NCBI GenBank assembly: GCA_027021705.1
Contig: JALUTT010000059.1
Coordinates: 69,687 to 133,686, forward strand
DNA: 64,000 bases
Source of the DNA: Anaerolineae bacterium
Lineage (GTDB): Bacteria; Chloroflexota; Anaerolineae; S140-20
Direction: 5' to 3'
Positions 1 through 10,051 of the stretch are shown one piece after another. Below the pieces are notes generated by a model. That model searched no databases. It worked only from the letters and a program-made list of their open reading frames with translations, and was not told the DNA's origin. The position numbers and the translations under genes are program-made. Each line of letters starts with the position of its first letter. Position 1 is the first letter of the stretch.

Positions 1-174
1 CTCAACGCCTCCATCGTCACCCGCGCCATCGTGGGGGCGGTCGTCTTCCTGCTCCTCTCCGCCGGGGAGCCCTTGGGCGACTTCTTGGCCGAGGAGCGCC
101 AGGACGAGGTGGTCGCGGAGCTGACCGACTTTTTCCTCTGTGGCCTGCAGCCGTGTAAGGGGGAGGAGGGATGA
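1..174 (+). CDS. 3' end of probable TetR/AcrR-family regulator (partial)
   Basis: Frame 1 is open from base 1 (LNASIVTRAIVGAVVFLLL...ELTDFFLCGLQPCKGEEG*). Its TGA overlaps the next ATG (ATGA). The C-terminal helix pattern and efflux context suggest TetR. Confidence 0.5.
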   Translation, partial: LNASIVTRAIVGAVVFLLLSAGEPLGDFLAEERQDEVVAELTDFFLCGLQPCKGEEG

Positions 175-1292
175 TCGAGCGGACGCTGACGGTAATGCGC
201 AAGGAGTTCCTCCACATCCGGCGGGACCCGCGCACGCTGATCATTATGTTCCTCATCCCCGTCATCCAGTTGATCCTGCTGGGCTACGCGGCCACCACCG
301 ACGTGAAGCACATCGCCACGGCGGTGCTGGACTACGACCGCTCGGCCCAGAGCCGGGAGCTGGCCGCCACCTACCAGGCGTCCAACTACTTCGACCTGGT
401 GCGCTACGTGGACGACGAGGAGACGCTGGCCTACCTGCTGGATCGGGGGGAGGTGCGGGCCGGGTTGATCATCCCCGCCGGCTACGGCGAAGATGTCGTC
501 GCCGGACGCCCGACCAACATCGCTTTCATCATTGACGGCTCCGATCCCAATGTCGCCAACACCGTCTTCTCCGCCTCCCAGTCCGTGGGGCAGGCCCACA
601 ACCTGCGACTGATCGAGCGCCGGTTCGGCACCGCCGCCGAGGACCTGCCCGGCGTCCAGGTCCACCCCCGGGTCTGGTACAACCCGGAGATGAAGAGCGT
701 CAACTTTATGATCCCCGGCCTGATGGCGATGGTCCTCTTCCTGCTCACCACGATGCTCACCTCCCTCTCCATCGTGCGGGAGCGGGAGCGGGGGACCATC
801 GAGCAGTTGATGGTCACCCCCATCCGGCCCATCGAGTTGGTGGTGGGCAAGGTGGTGCCCTACGTCGCCGTCGCCTTCTTCGACCTGCTGGAGGTGCTGA
901 CCATCGGCGTCTTCTGGTTCGGCGTGCCCATCCAGGGCAGCGTGTTGCTCCTGCTGGCCCTCTCGGGGGTCTTCCTGATGACCTCCCTGGGATTGGGTAT
1001 CTTCGTCTCCAGCGTCGCCAACACCCAGCAGGAGGCGATGTTCATGGTCTGGCTGATGCTCTTGCCGTCCATCTTCCTGGCCGGCTTCTTCTTCCCCATC
1101 GAAGCTATGCCGCTGGCGCTGCGGATGCTGAGCTACCTCGTGCCGCTGCGCTACATGCTCGTCATCTTCCGGGGCGTCATCATGAAAGGCGTGGGGCTGG
1201 GGGTGCTGAAGGAGCAGGTCGCCGCCTTAGCCCTCTTCGGCCTCGTCATCATGGTGCTGGCCGCCACCCGCTTCCGCAAGCGGCTGGAGTGA
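171..1292 (+). CDS. ABC-2 type transporter permease (YbhS/YbhR-like)
   Basis: KEFLHIRRDPRT N-terminus, WYNP, IVRERERGTIEQLMVTP and multiple TM helices. SD GGAGG upstream. Confidence 0.92.
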   Translation: MIERTLTVMRKEFLHIRRDPRTLIIMFLIPVIQLILLGYAATTDVKHIATAVLDYDRSAQSRELAATYQASNYFDLVRYVDDEETLAYLLDRGEVRAGLIIPAGYGEDVVAGRPTNIAFIIDGSDPNVANTVFSASQSVGQAHNLRLIERRFGTAAEDLPGVQVHPRVWYNPEMKSVNFMIPGLMAMVLFLLTTMLTSLSIVRERERGTIEQLMVTPIRPIELVVGKVVPYVAVAFFDLLEVLTIGVFWFGVPIQGSVLLLLALSGVFLMTSLGLGIFVSSVANTQQEAMFMVWLMLLPSIFLAGFFFPIEAMPLALRMLSYLVPLRYMLVIFRGVIMKGVGLGVLKEQVAALALFGLVIMVLAATRFRKRLE

Positions 1293-1307
1293 GACACGTT
1301 ACCGACC

Positions 1308-1402
1308 ACCCTCCCGCAGGTCACCCGGTGGCCGGCGATAGCAATGGCCTGTCGAAAGCTGCCTATGAGGCGCTTCAGGCCATGGGGGGACCTGCGGGAG
1401 GG
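1308..1402. repeat. Divergent relative of the MITE family (inner inverted repeat kept, different interior)
   Basis: ACCCTCCCGCAGGTC at 1308 and ACCTGCGGGAGGG ending at 1402. No 8-bp TSD is recognisable. Confidence 0.65.
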
Positions 1403-1437
1403 CCCCTGGGAATAGGTCAAGTACCTCGGAACGCCGT

Positions 1438-2367
1438 ATGGAACCTCAACCCATCATCGAGATGCGGGACCTCACCCGGGCTTTCCGGGGCAGGGTCGCC
1501 GTGGACCACCTGAACCTGACCATCTATCGGGGCGAGATCTTCGGCCTGGTGGGGCCGGACGGAGCAGGCAAGACGACGACCATCCGCCTGCTGGCCGGCA
1601 TCATGCGTCCCACCGAGGGGACGGCCATCGTCGCCGGCCACGACGTGGCCCGGGACCCGGAGGCGATCAAGACCCGCATCGGCTATATGGCCCAGCAGTT
1701 CAGCCTCTACGGGGACCTGACGGTGCTGGAGAACCTGAACTTCTTCGCCGACATCTACGAGGTGCGCGGGCGGGAGCGGGAGGCCCGCATCGAGCGGCTG
1801 CTCCGCTTCGCCCGGCTGACGGAGTTCACCGGTCGGCGGGCCGCCCACCTCTCCGGCGGGATGCAGAAGAAGCTGGCCCTGGCCTGTGCCCTCATCCACC
1901 AGCCGGAGATCATCTTCCTCGACGAGCCCACCACCGGCGTGGACCCTGTCTCTCGCCGGGAGTTCTGGGAGATCCTCACCGAACTGCACCTGGAGGGGGT
2001 GACCATCTTCGTCAGCACGCCCTACATGGACGAGGCCGAGCGCTGCTCCCGGGTGGGGCTGATCTACGAGGGGCGGATCATCGTCTGCGACGTGCCGGGC
2101 AAGGTGCGGGGGATGGTCCAGGGCGACCTGCTGGAACTGCGCCCTGACGACTTCCGGCGGGCGCGACAGCTTATGGAGACGCTGGAGGGGGTACTGGAGG
2201 TTCAGACCTACGGGGACCTGCTCCACGTCTTCGTAGACGATGCGGACCGGCGGCAGGAGACGGTGGCGAAGGCGCTCCGGGAGGCCGGCATCGGCTTCAC
2301 CGGCTTGCGCCAGACCCGTCCTCGAATGGAAGAGGCCTTCATCTCGTTGATCCGGCGGCAGGAGTGA
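1438..2367 (+). CDS. ABC transporter ATP-binding protein
   Basis: Walker A GPDGAGKTT, signature LSGGM, Walker B IFLDEPT. Confidence 0.93.
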   Translation: MEPQPIIEMRDLTRAFRGRVAVDHLNLTIYRGEIFGLVGPDGAGKTTTIRLLAGIMRPTEGTAIVAGHDVARDPEAIKTRIGYMAQQFSLYGDLTVLENLNFFADIYEVRGREREARIERLLRFARLTEFTGRRAAHLSGGMQKKLALACALIHQPEIIFLDEPTTGVDPVSRREFWEILTELHLEGVTIFVSTPYMDEAERCSRVGLIYEGRIIVCDVPGKVRGMVQGDLLELRPDDFRRARQLMETLEGVLEVQTYGDLLHVFVDDADRRQETVAKALREAGIGFTGLRQTRPRMEEAFISLIRRQE

Positions 2368-2376
2368 GCGCGTCCT

Positions 2377-3336
2377 ATGGGGGAGCAACCGACGGCGGAC
2401 CGTCACGCCATCATCACCAAGGACCTGACGAAGAAGTTCGGTGACTTCACGGCGGTGGACCACGTCACCTTCAGCGTCCGGCGGGGGGAGATCTTCGGCT
2501 TCCTGGGGCCGAACGGGGCCGGCAAGACGACGACCATCCGCATGCTCTTGGGGCTGCTCCGCCCCACCGAAGGGACGGCCTGGGTCCTGGGCTACGACAT
2601 CCGGGGGGATGTGCGGGCGATGCGGGAGCGCATCGGCTACATGTCTCAGCGCTTCACCCTCTACCGAGACCTGACGGTGGACGAGAACCTGAACTTCTAC
2701 GGCCAGGCTTACGGGGTGCGGGGGGAGCGGCTGCGGCAGCGGAAGGCGGAGATCGTCCAGATGGCCGGCCTGGTGGGGCGGGAGCGGGAACTGACGAAGA
2801 ACCTGGCCGGTGGCTGGCGTCAGCGGCTGGCCCTCGGCTGTGCGATGGTCCACGAGCCGGAACTGCTCTTCCTGGATGAGCCGACGGCGGGGATGGATCC
2901 GGTCTCCCGGCGGGCCTTCTGGGACCTGCTCTACGAGCTGGCCGAGGGCGGGACCACCATCTTCGTCACCACCCACTACATGGACGAAGCGGAGCATTGC
3001 CACCGGCTGGCCTTCATCTATGCCGGGCGCATCGTCGCCCTGGGCTCCCCCCAGGAGATCAAAGAGACGGTGATGCAGGGGCAGGTGCTGGAGATTGACT
3101 GCGATCAGCCGGACCGGGCGCTCCAGATTCTACGGACAACGGGGCACTTCGACGAGGTGGCTCTCTACGGGGCGCTCATCCACGTCGTGGCCCCGGAGGT
3201 GGATCGGTATCGGGGGGAGATTCAAGCCCTGCTGAGCGGAGAGGGCATCACAGTGCACAGCATGGATGTCATCGCCCCATCGTTGGAGGACGTCTTCATC
3301 TCCAGCGTGCGTCAACAGGAGCAGCGGGCGGGATAA
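2377..3336 (+). CDS. ABC transporter ATP-binding protein
   Basis: GPNGAGKTT, LAGGWRQ, LFLDEPT, TTHYMDEAE. Confidence 0.93.
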   Translation: MGEQPTADRHAIITKDLTKKFGDFTAVDHVTFSVRRGEIFGFLGPNGAGKTTTIRMLLGLLRPTEGTAWVLGYDIRGDVRAMRERIGYMSQRFTLYRDLTVDENLNFYGQAYGVRGERLRQRKAEIVQMAGLVGRERELTKNLAGGWRQRLALGCAMVHEPELLFLDEPTAGMDPVSRRAFWDLLYELAEGGTTIFVTTHYMDEAEHCHRLAFIYAGRIVALGSPQEIKETVMQGQVLEIDCDQPDRALQILRTTGHFDEVALYGALIHVVAPEVDRYRGEIQALLSGEGITVHSMDVIAPSLEDVFISSVRQQEQRAG

Positions 3337-3419
3337 GGCGGACGCTGTGATCGGTTCCTCGGGTTCCGTGTCTGCCGGACGGGGTATCTGACTGCTACAT
3401 TGCTTTGTGGGAGGTCGTG

Positions 3420-4922
3420 ATGCGGAGGGTGCTGAAGATCGTCTTCGTGGTTGGGGTGCTGGCCCTCCTCGCCGGCGGCGTCGTCGGCACGGTGCGCTAT
3501 TTCTCCGTCCACCCTGACCAGTGGGAGCGGCTCCTGGTGGAACTGGAGCTGAAAGAGGCCGGCCCGGCCCGGCGGGAGGGCATCGTCGCCTCCGGCTTCA
3601 TCGAGGCCACCCAGGTCGCCGTCAGCAGCCAGGTCGGAGGCCGCGTCCTGGCCGTCCACGCCGACGAGGGCGAGGAGGTAGAGGCCGGTCAGGTGCTCGT
3701 CGAACTGGACCCGGCTCTCCTCGACGCCCAGATCGAGGTCGCTCGGGCGGAGATCGAGGCCGCCGAGGCCCAACTGGCCCAGATCAAGGCCGGCGTCAAG
3801 CCGGAGACCATCGCCGTGGCCGAAGCCGAACTGGAGCAGGCCAAGGTGGCCCGGGACGTGGCCCGCCAGGCCTGGGAGGATGCCCAGACGCTCCTGGAGA
3901 ACCCCCAGGAGCTGGAGATGCAGGTCGCCATCGCGGCGGCCCAGGTCAAGGTGGCCGAGCACCAACTGGCCCAGGCCGAGGCCCTGCGGGACGCAGCCCA
4001 GGTGGGAGCCGACGCTTTCGAGCAGGCGATGGAGAAGATCGGCCCCGGCGGGCAGGTGGAGATCGCCAGCGGTCCCCTCCCCGCCCTCGCCCCGCTGCTC
4101 CAGCAGCTCCTCCCGCCGGAGGTCTACAAACAGGTGATGAGCGGCCAAGATGGGACCTACACCAGCGGCAACATCACCGTCGTCGTCTCCGGGGGGATCG
4201 CCACCGTCTACAAGAAGATCGGGATGCAGTTCGAGGCCCACCTGTTGCCCCTCCGCTACTGGCAGAGCAACGTCGCCGTCAACCAGGCCCAGGCCGCCCT
4301 CAAAGGGGCCAAAGCGACCCTCTATCGCCTGAACCAGCTCAAGGAGAACCCCGTCGCCCTCCAGGCCCAGGTGAACGCGGCCCAGGCCGACTACGAGACG
4401 GCGAAGGCCAGCGTCCAGGTGGCCCAGGCCGCCCTCGACGCCCTCAAGGCCGGCGCGACCGAGGAGGAGATCGCCGTCGCCGAGGCCCAGGTCGAGCAGG
4501 CCCGAGCCGCCCTCGCCTCGCTGGAGGCTCAGCGGGAGCTGCTCACGCTGACCGCCCCCCTCTCCGGCCTCGTCCTAGAGCGGGTCGTCCAGCCGGGGGA
4601 GCTGGCCGCGCCGGGAGCCACCCTCCTGACCATCGCCGACCTCAGCGAAGTGACGCTGACCATCTACGTGCCGGAGACGGCCATTGGGCGGGTGCGGGTT
4701 GGGCAGCGGGTGGAGGTGATGGTGGACACCTTCCCTGACCGGGCCTTTGAGGGGACGGTGGCCCGCATCGCCGACGAGGCCGAGTTCACCCCCCGCAACG
4801 TCCAGACGAAGGAAGAGCGGGTCAACCTGGTCTTCGCCGTCGAGGTGCGCATCCCCAACCCCGATGGGGTCCTGAAGCCGGGGATGCCGGCCGATGCGGT
4901 GATTGTGGAAGGGGAATCGTGA
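3420..4922 (+). CDS. HlyD/YbhG-family membrane fusion (adaptor) protein with long hairpin
   Basis: N-terminal TM, SGFIEA, lipoyl half-motifs (EGEEVEAGQVL, APLSGLV), AEFTPRNVQTKEER, LKPGMPAD. ATG 3420 follows GGAGG. Confidence 0.88.
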   Translation: MRRVLKIVFVVGVLALLAGGVVGTVRYFSVHPDQWERLLVELELKEAGPARREGIVASGFIEATQVAVSSQVGGRVLAVHADEGEEVEAGQVLVELDPALLDAQIEVARAEIEAAEAQLAQIKAGVKPETIAVAEAELEQAKVARDVARQAWEDAQTLLENPQELEMQVAIAAAQVKVAEHQLAQAEALRDAAQVGADAFEQAMEKIGPGGQVEIASGPLPALAPLLQQLLPPEVYKQVMSGQDGTYTSGNITVVVSGGIATVYKKIGMQFEAHLLPLRYWQSNVAVNQAQAALKGAKATLYRLNQLKENPVALQAQVNAAQADYETAKASVQVAQAALDALKAGATEEEIAVAEAQVEQARAALASLEAQRELLTLTAPLSGLVLERVVQPGELAAPGATLLTIADLSEVTLTIYVPETAIGRVRVGQRVEVMVDTFPDRAFEGTVARIADEAEFTPRNVQTKEERVNLVFAVEVRIPNPDGVLKPGMPADAVIVEGES

Positions 4923-4935
4923 ACCTATCCCGGAG

Positions 4936-5051
4936 GTATCTACAGCCTACCCTCCCGCAGGTCACCGGTCGAGGGCGCTTTCAGCCCCGATGGGCCATTG
5001 GAAGCACGGTTTCGCGTCGGAAACGCGCCTAACCTGCGGGAGGGTGAGCAC
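4936..5051 (+). mobile_element. MITE copy A (right end eroded)
   Basis: Inner IR ACCCTCCCGCAGGT...ACCTGCGGGAGGGT. Flanking direct repeat TCCCGGAG at 4928-4935 and 5052-5059. Confidence 0.85.
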
Positions 5052-5077
5052 TCCCGGAGATCGAAGAGGAGCAGGCG

Positions 5078-6301
5078 ATGAACAAGGCGGTTGTGTGGAT
5101 CCTTCTGCTGCTGGCGTTGTTGCCCCTCGGCTGTGGGACGCCCTCGGTCGAGGCCCAAGGGCCCATTGAGGCCTCCGGCACCATTGAGGGGCGGGAGATC
5201 GTGATCGCTGCCGAGGTGGGCGGGACGGTGGCAGAGCTGGCCGTCCGCGAGGGTGACGAGGTGGCCCCGGGCGACCTTCTGCTGCGGCTGGATGACCGGA
5301 TCGCTCAGGCCCAGCGGGCGGAGGCCGAAGCTGCCGTCAGGACGGCCGAGGCCAACCTGGCCCGGGTGAAGGCCGGCCCTCGCCCCCAGGAGATCGCCGC
5401 CGCCGAGGCTGCCGTGGCCGCTGCCCAGGCCCGGCGGGATGGGGCCTACACCGCCTGGCAGGACGCGCTGGCCGCCCTGGAGGCTCCCCAGGACCTGGAC
5501 GTACAGATCGCCGCCGCCCAGAGCGATCTGGAGATCGCCAAGAAAGAGGTGGAACGGCTGGAACTGGAGCTGAAGGCCGTCGAGATGAAGCGCAACCTGA
5601 CCGAGGAAGGCACCGACGACCGCAAGGTCCAGGATGCCGTCTGGCGGGCGACGAAGGAGGCGATTGAGGCGGCGAAGGCGAACCAGCGGGTCGTCGAAAT
5701 CCGGCTCTACTGGCTGCGCAAGATGAAGGAGGAGCCGCTGAAACTCCAGGCCCAGGCCAACGCCGCCGAGGGAGCCTACCGCCTGGCCGAGGCCGCGTTG
5801 CGGGTCGCCCAGGCGAAGCTGGCCGAGGCGAAGGCCGGCCCCACCCCCGAGGAGATCGCCGTCGCCGAGGCCCAGGTGCGTCAGGCCAAAGCGGCCCTGG
5901 GGCTGTTGCAGGTCCAGCAGGAGAAGCTCACCCTCACCGCGCCGGCCGGCGGGCTGGTCAGCAGCGTCGAGGTCCACCGGGGCGAAGCGGTCCTGGCCGG
6001 CACCCCCCTCCTGACCTTGGTGCAGCTCGACCCGGTGGTGCTGACCCTCTACATCCCCGAGGAGAAGATCGGCCTGGTGAAGGTGGGGCAGCGGGTGGAG
6101 GTCTCCGTGGACAGCTTCCCCGGTGAGACCTTCGTCGGGCAGGTCGTTCACATCGCCGAGGAGGCCGAGTTCACCCCCCGCAACGTCCAGACCAAAGAGG
6201 AGCGGGTGACCATCGTCTTCGCCGTCAAGGTCCACATCCCCAACCCCGACGGGCGGCTCAAGCCGGGGATGCCGGCCGACGCGGTGATCGTGGGGTCGTA
6301 G
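5078..6301 (+). CDS. HlyD/YbhG-family membrane fusion protein, probable lipoprotein
   Basis: Signal ending PLGC, ASGTIEG, AEFTPRNVQTKEER, LKPGMPAD. Confidence 0.88.
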   Translation: MNKAVVWILLLLALLPLGCGTPSVEAQGPIEASGTIEGREIVIAAEVGGTVAELAVREGDEVAPGDLLLRLDDRIAQAQRAEAEAAVRTAEANLARVKAGPRPQEIAAAEAAVAAAQARRDGAYTAWQDALAALEAPQDLDVQIAAAQSDLEIAKKEVERLELELKAVEMKRNLTEEGTDDRKVQDAVWRATKEAIEAAKANQRVVEIRLYWLRKMKEEPLKLQAQANAAEGAYRLAEAALRVAQAKLAEAKAGPTPEEIAVAEAQVRQAKAALGLLQVQQEKLTLTAPAGGLVSSVEVHRGEAVLAGTPLLTLVQLDPVVLTLYIPEEKIGLVKVGQRVEVSVDSFPGETFVGQVVHIAEEAEFTPRNVQTKEERVTIVFAVKVHIPNPDGRLKPGMPADAVIVGS

Positions 6302-6307
6302 CGCGGT

Positions 6308-7525
6308 CTACGCCCACGCCCTTTCGTCCACCATCGTCGGCGCATCCTCGGCGATGCTCCCCGCCGGAACCAACTCGATGGCGTCGGCCCGGACGCGACA
6401 CAGGTCCTGGATGGCACGGCGGAGGGCCTCAACCAGCGCTTCCCGGTCGGCCTCCTCCTGGAGGAGCTCGGCCCGGATGGTCATCTCGTCCCGGTGGGCG
6501 GGGCGGGTGATGGTAGCCTGGACCCTGCCCACGCCGGCCACCTGCGCTGCGGCCGCCCGAAGCTGGTTGGGGTGCACGAACATCCCCCGCACCTTGACCG
6601 CGTCCCCCACCCGTCCCACCAGGATGATGGAGCGGTCGCGCTGGCGACTCCTCCCCGGTGCCGGGTCCACGTTGACCGCCAGATCGCCGGTGCCCAGGCG
6701 GATCAGCGGGTAGGTGGCGTTGAAGGTGGTGACGACCACCTCCCCCACATCGCCGGGGCCGACGGACCGGCCGCTTTCGGGGTTGACGACCTGGACGATG
6801 GAGGATTCCAACAGGCGCATGGGAAGGCCCCCCTCGGTGTTGTAGGCCAGGAAGCCCAGCTCTGCCGTGCCGTAGGCGTTGGTGACCCGAAGCCCGTAGC
6901 CTTCGACGAAGGTCTGCCGCAGCGAGGGGGGCAGCGGCTCGGCGGAGACGAGGACCTTGCGCAGGGCGGACCACTCGCGGAAGTCCACCCCCATCTCCTT
7001 CGCCTTCTCCAGCAGGGCCATCAGCCAGGAGGGGGTGCCGATGTAGCCGGTGACCCCCAGGTCCAGCATCATCTTGAGCTGCAGGCCGGCGTTGCCCACC
7101 CCGGCGGGGATCACCGTTGCGCCGAGGTCCCGGAGCACCCGGTCGAGCACCAGGCCGGTGGGGATCAGGTGGTAGCCGAAGGTATTGATCACCACATCGC
7201 CCGCCCCGAAGCCGGCGATCTGAAGCACCTCGCGGACCGTGTCGGCGACGGCATCCTCCCCCGTCGAGGGCTCGTAGAGGGGGCCGGGGGAGAGGAAGAC
7301 GTGTTGCAGGCGCTCCAGCGGCACCGCCAGGAAGCCACCGAAGGGGGGATCGGCCTGTTGGAGCTGGGCCAGCCGGTCCTTGCTGGTCACAGGGACCCGG
7401 TCCAGGTCCTCCACCGTCTGGATTTGGTCCGGGGCGACACCGGCCTCGTCGAAGATGCGGCGGATGGCCGGTGCGTTCTCATAGGCGTGTTGGACGATCT
7501 GACGTAGCCGCTCTGCCAGGTCCAT
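6308..7525 (-). CDS. Phenylacetate-CoA ligase-like (PaaK family) AMP-binding protein
   Basis: HAYENAP, VPVTSKD, YGTAELG, PLIRLGTGDL, GRVGDAVKVRGMFVHP. Confidence 0.85.
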   Translation of the reverse strand: MDLAERLRQIVQHAYENAPAIRRIFDEAGVAPDQIQTVEDLDRVPVTSKDRLAQLQQADPPFGGFLAVPLERLQHVFLSPGPLYEPSTGEDAVADTVREVLQIAGFGAGDVVINTFGYHLIPTGLVLDRVLRDLGATVIPAGVGNAGLQLKMMLDLGVTGYIGTPSWLMALLEKAKEMGVDFREWSALRKVLVSAEPLPPSLRQTFVEGYGLRVTNAYGTAELGFLAYNTEGGLPMRLLESSIVQVVNPESGRSVGPGDVGEVVVTTFNATYPLIRLGTGDLAVNVDPAPGRSRQRDRSIILVGRVGDAVKVRGMFVHPNQLRAAAAQVAGVGRVQATITRPAHRDEMTIRAELLQEEADREALVEALRRAIQDLCRVRADAIELVPAGSIAEDAPTMVDERAWA

Positions 7526-7544
7526 CGTTTCCTCCTCCCGTGAT

Positions 7545-8348
<804 letters not shown>

Positions 8349-8371
8349 GGTCTCCTTCCCACGGTGGGGCG

Positions 8372-8398
8372 GGGGAGCGCCCGGCGGGGGCGCTCCCC
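8372..8398 (-). other. GC-rich intra-operon hairpin downstream of the binding-protein gene (likely mRNA stabiliser or partial terminator)
   Basis: GGGGAGCGCCC-5 nt-GGGCGCTCCCC perfect 11-bp stem with no U-tract. Confidence 0.6.
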
Positions 8399-8413
8399 TC
8401 GCGCGTTGGGCCG

Positions 8414-9814
8414 TTACTCCTTCGGTCGCAGGTCCGGTGTCTCCGTCCAGTCCTGGATGACGACGAAGGCGTCGGGTCCGCCCTGGATCATCCGAATCTG
8501 TGCCATATGGGGGGAACGGCTGCCGCCGGAGTAGTCCACCCGCAGCACGCCGTCCAGGGCCTCATAGGGGCTGATGGCGATCAGGGCGTCGTGGACGGCC
8601 TCACCGGTGAGGTTCTCGTAGCCGACGGTGTCAATGGCGTGCTTGATGGCGGCCGCGGCCATATCCACGCCGGCCACCATCAGCAGGTAGCCCACGTTGT
8701 GCTCCGCCGGCTCTCGGTTGTTGGCCTCGAAGAGGCTCTGGGCGTACTGGATGCCGGGGTGGTCGGTGTCGTTCCACCACAGGTAGGGGAAGGCGGCGAT
8801 GAGCCCGACGGCGTAGGAGGGATCGGCCAGGAAGGCGTAGGTGGCCAGGTCCATCGCCCAGTTGTCGGCGGCGACCACGAACTGGTCCCGCAGGCCCAGG
8901 CTGTACAGGTCGTTGAGGATGGCCGCCGGACCGAAGGCGAGGGTGTTGGTCCAGATGACGTTGGCGCCGGCCGCCTGAGCGTTCAGGATGGCGGTGGTGG
9001 TGTCGGCGGTGGGGGAGACGTCGAAGGTCTCCTCCAGGACCAACTCGATGCCCAGCTCCTCCAAGTAGGCCCGGCTCTCATCGGTCAGCGCCCCCTGACC
9101 GAAGGCGGTGGGCCAACTGATGTAGGCCAGCTTGATCTCGTCCCCGGCCCCCTCGGGCTTGTAGGTGTCCCAGTTCTCCTTGAGGAACTTCATCACCAGG
9201 CCGAACTGGTCGGGGTAGATGGGGCCGAGGCCAAAGGTGTAGCCGGAGTTCACGTAGAAGCCCCGGGCGCTCAGCCCGGCGGTGATGTTGGGGATCTTGT
9301 CCTCAACCATCCGCTGGGCCAGCGCTTCCACCTCGCCGGAGCCGTAGGTGATCATCACCAGGATGTTGTCGTCCTCGCTGGTGAAGCGCTCGTAGGCGGC
9401 GACGGCCTCGTCAATGTTGCCGGCGGTGTCGGCGAACTTCACCTCCAGGGTGGCTCCGTAGATGCCCCCTGACTCGTTGATGGCGGCCACCGCGTCCTCA
9501 ACGCCGTGGATGAGGGGGGCTGTGATCGCCGCGTAGGGGCCGGACAGGTCGCCGAAGTGGTAGATGGTGATGGTCTTCCCCGTCAGGTCCGGTGGACCGG
9601 CCGGGGCGGCCTCCGTGGGAGCCTCAGTGGGGGCCGGGGTGGGCGAGGGGGGTTGGGTGGGCTTCGGGGTAGGGGTGGGGGGCTTGGTCGGCTCCGCCGC
9701 TGTGGGGGGAGCCTCCGTCGGGGCAGGAGCCTTGGTCGCCGGGGGGGCACAGGCCCCCAGGACCAGCGACCCCACGATCAGGAAGGATAACAGGGAAAGC
9801 AGGTGTTTGCGCAT
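8414..9814 (-). CDS. LIV-family ABC substrate-binding lipoprotein
   Basis: Lipobox LGAC, Pro/Thr linker, DLSGPYA and INESGGIYG periplasmic-binding motifs. Confidence 0.9.
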   Translation of the reverse strand: MRKHLLSLLSFLIVGSLVLGACAPPATKAPAPTEAPPTAAEPTKPPTPTPKPTQPPSPTPAPTEAPTEAAPAGPPDLTGKTITIYHFGDLSGPYAAITAPLIHGVEDAVAAINESGGIYGATLEVKFADTAGNIDEAVAAYERFTSEDDNILVMITYGSGEVEALAQRMVEDKIPNITAGLSARGFYVNSGYTFGLGPIYPDQFGLVMKFLKENWDTYKPEGAGDEIKLAYISWPTAFGQGALTDESRAYLEELGIELVLEETFDVSPTADTTTAILNAQAAGANVIWTNTLAFGPAAILNDLYSLGLRDQFVVAADNWAMDLATYAFLADPSYAVGLIAAFPYLWWNDTDHPGIQYAQSLFEANNREPAEHNVGYLLMVAGVDMAAAAIKHAIDTVGYENLTGEAVHDALIAISPYEALDGVLRVDYSGGSRSPHMAQIRMIQGGPDAFVVIQDWTETPDLRPKE

Positions 9815-9884
9815 CTTCCTCTCCTCCTTGAGCAGTGCAGAAGGGCCGTCGCCCTCGTCGGGAACCGATGACGATGCTCGGATG

Positions 9885-10006
9885 GTAACGGTTCACCCTC
9901 CCGCAGGTTAGGCGCGTTTCCGACGCGAAACCGTGCTTCCAATAGCCCATCGAGGCTGAGAGCGCCCTCGACCGGCGACCTGCGGGAGGGTAGGCTGAAC
10001 AGATAC
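9885..10006 (-). mobile_element. MITE copy B (122 bp, full length)
   Basis: Ends GTAACGGTTCA...TGAACAGATAC on the + strand. Flanking direct repeat CTCGGATG at 9877-9884 and 10007-10014. Confidence 0.9.
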
Positions 10007-10051
10007 CTCGGATGGACGGTGGAGCCGTTTATCACCCCCCTTCATCGGTGG

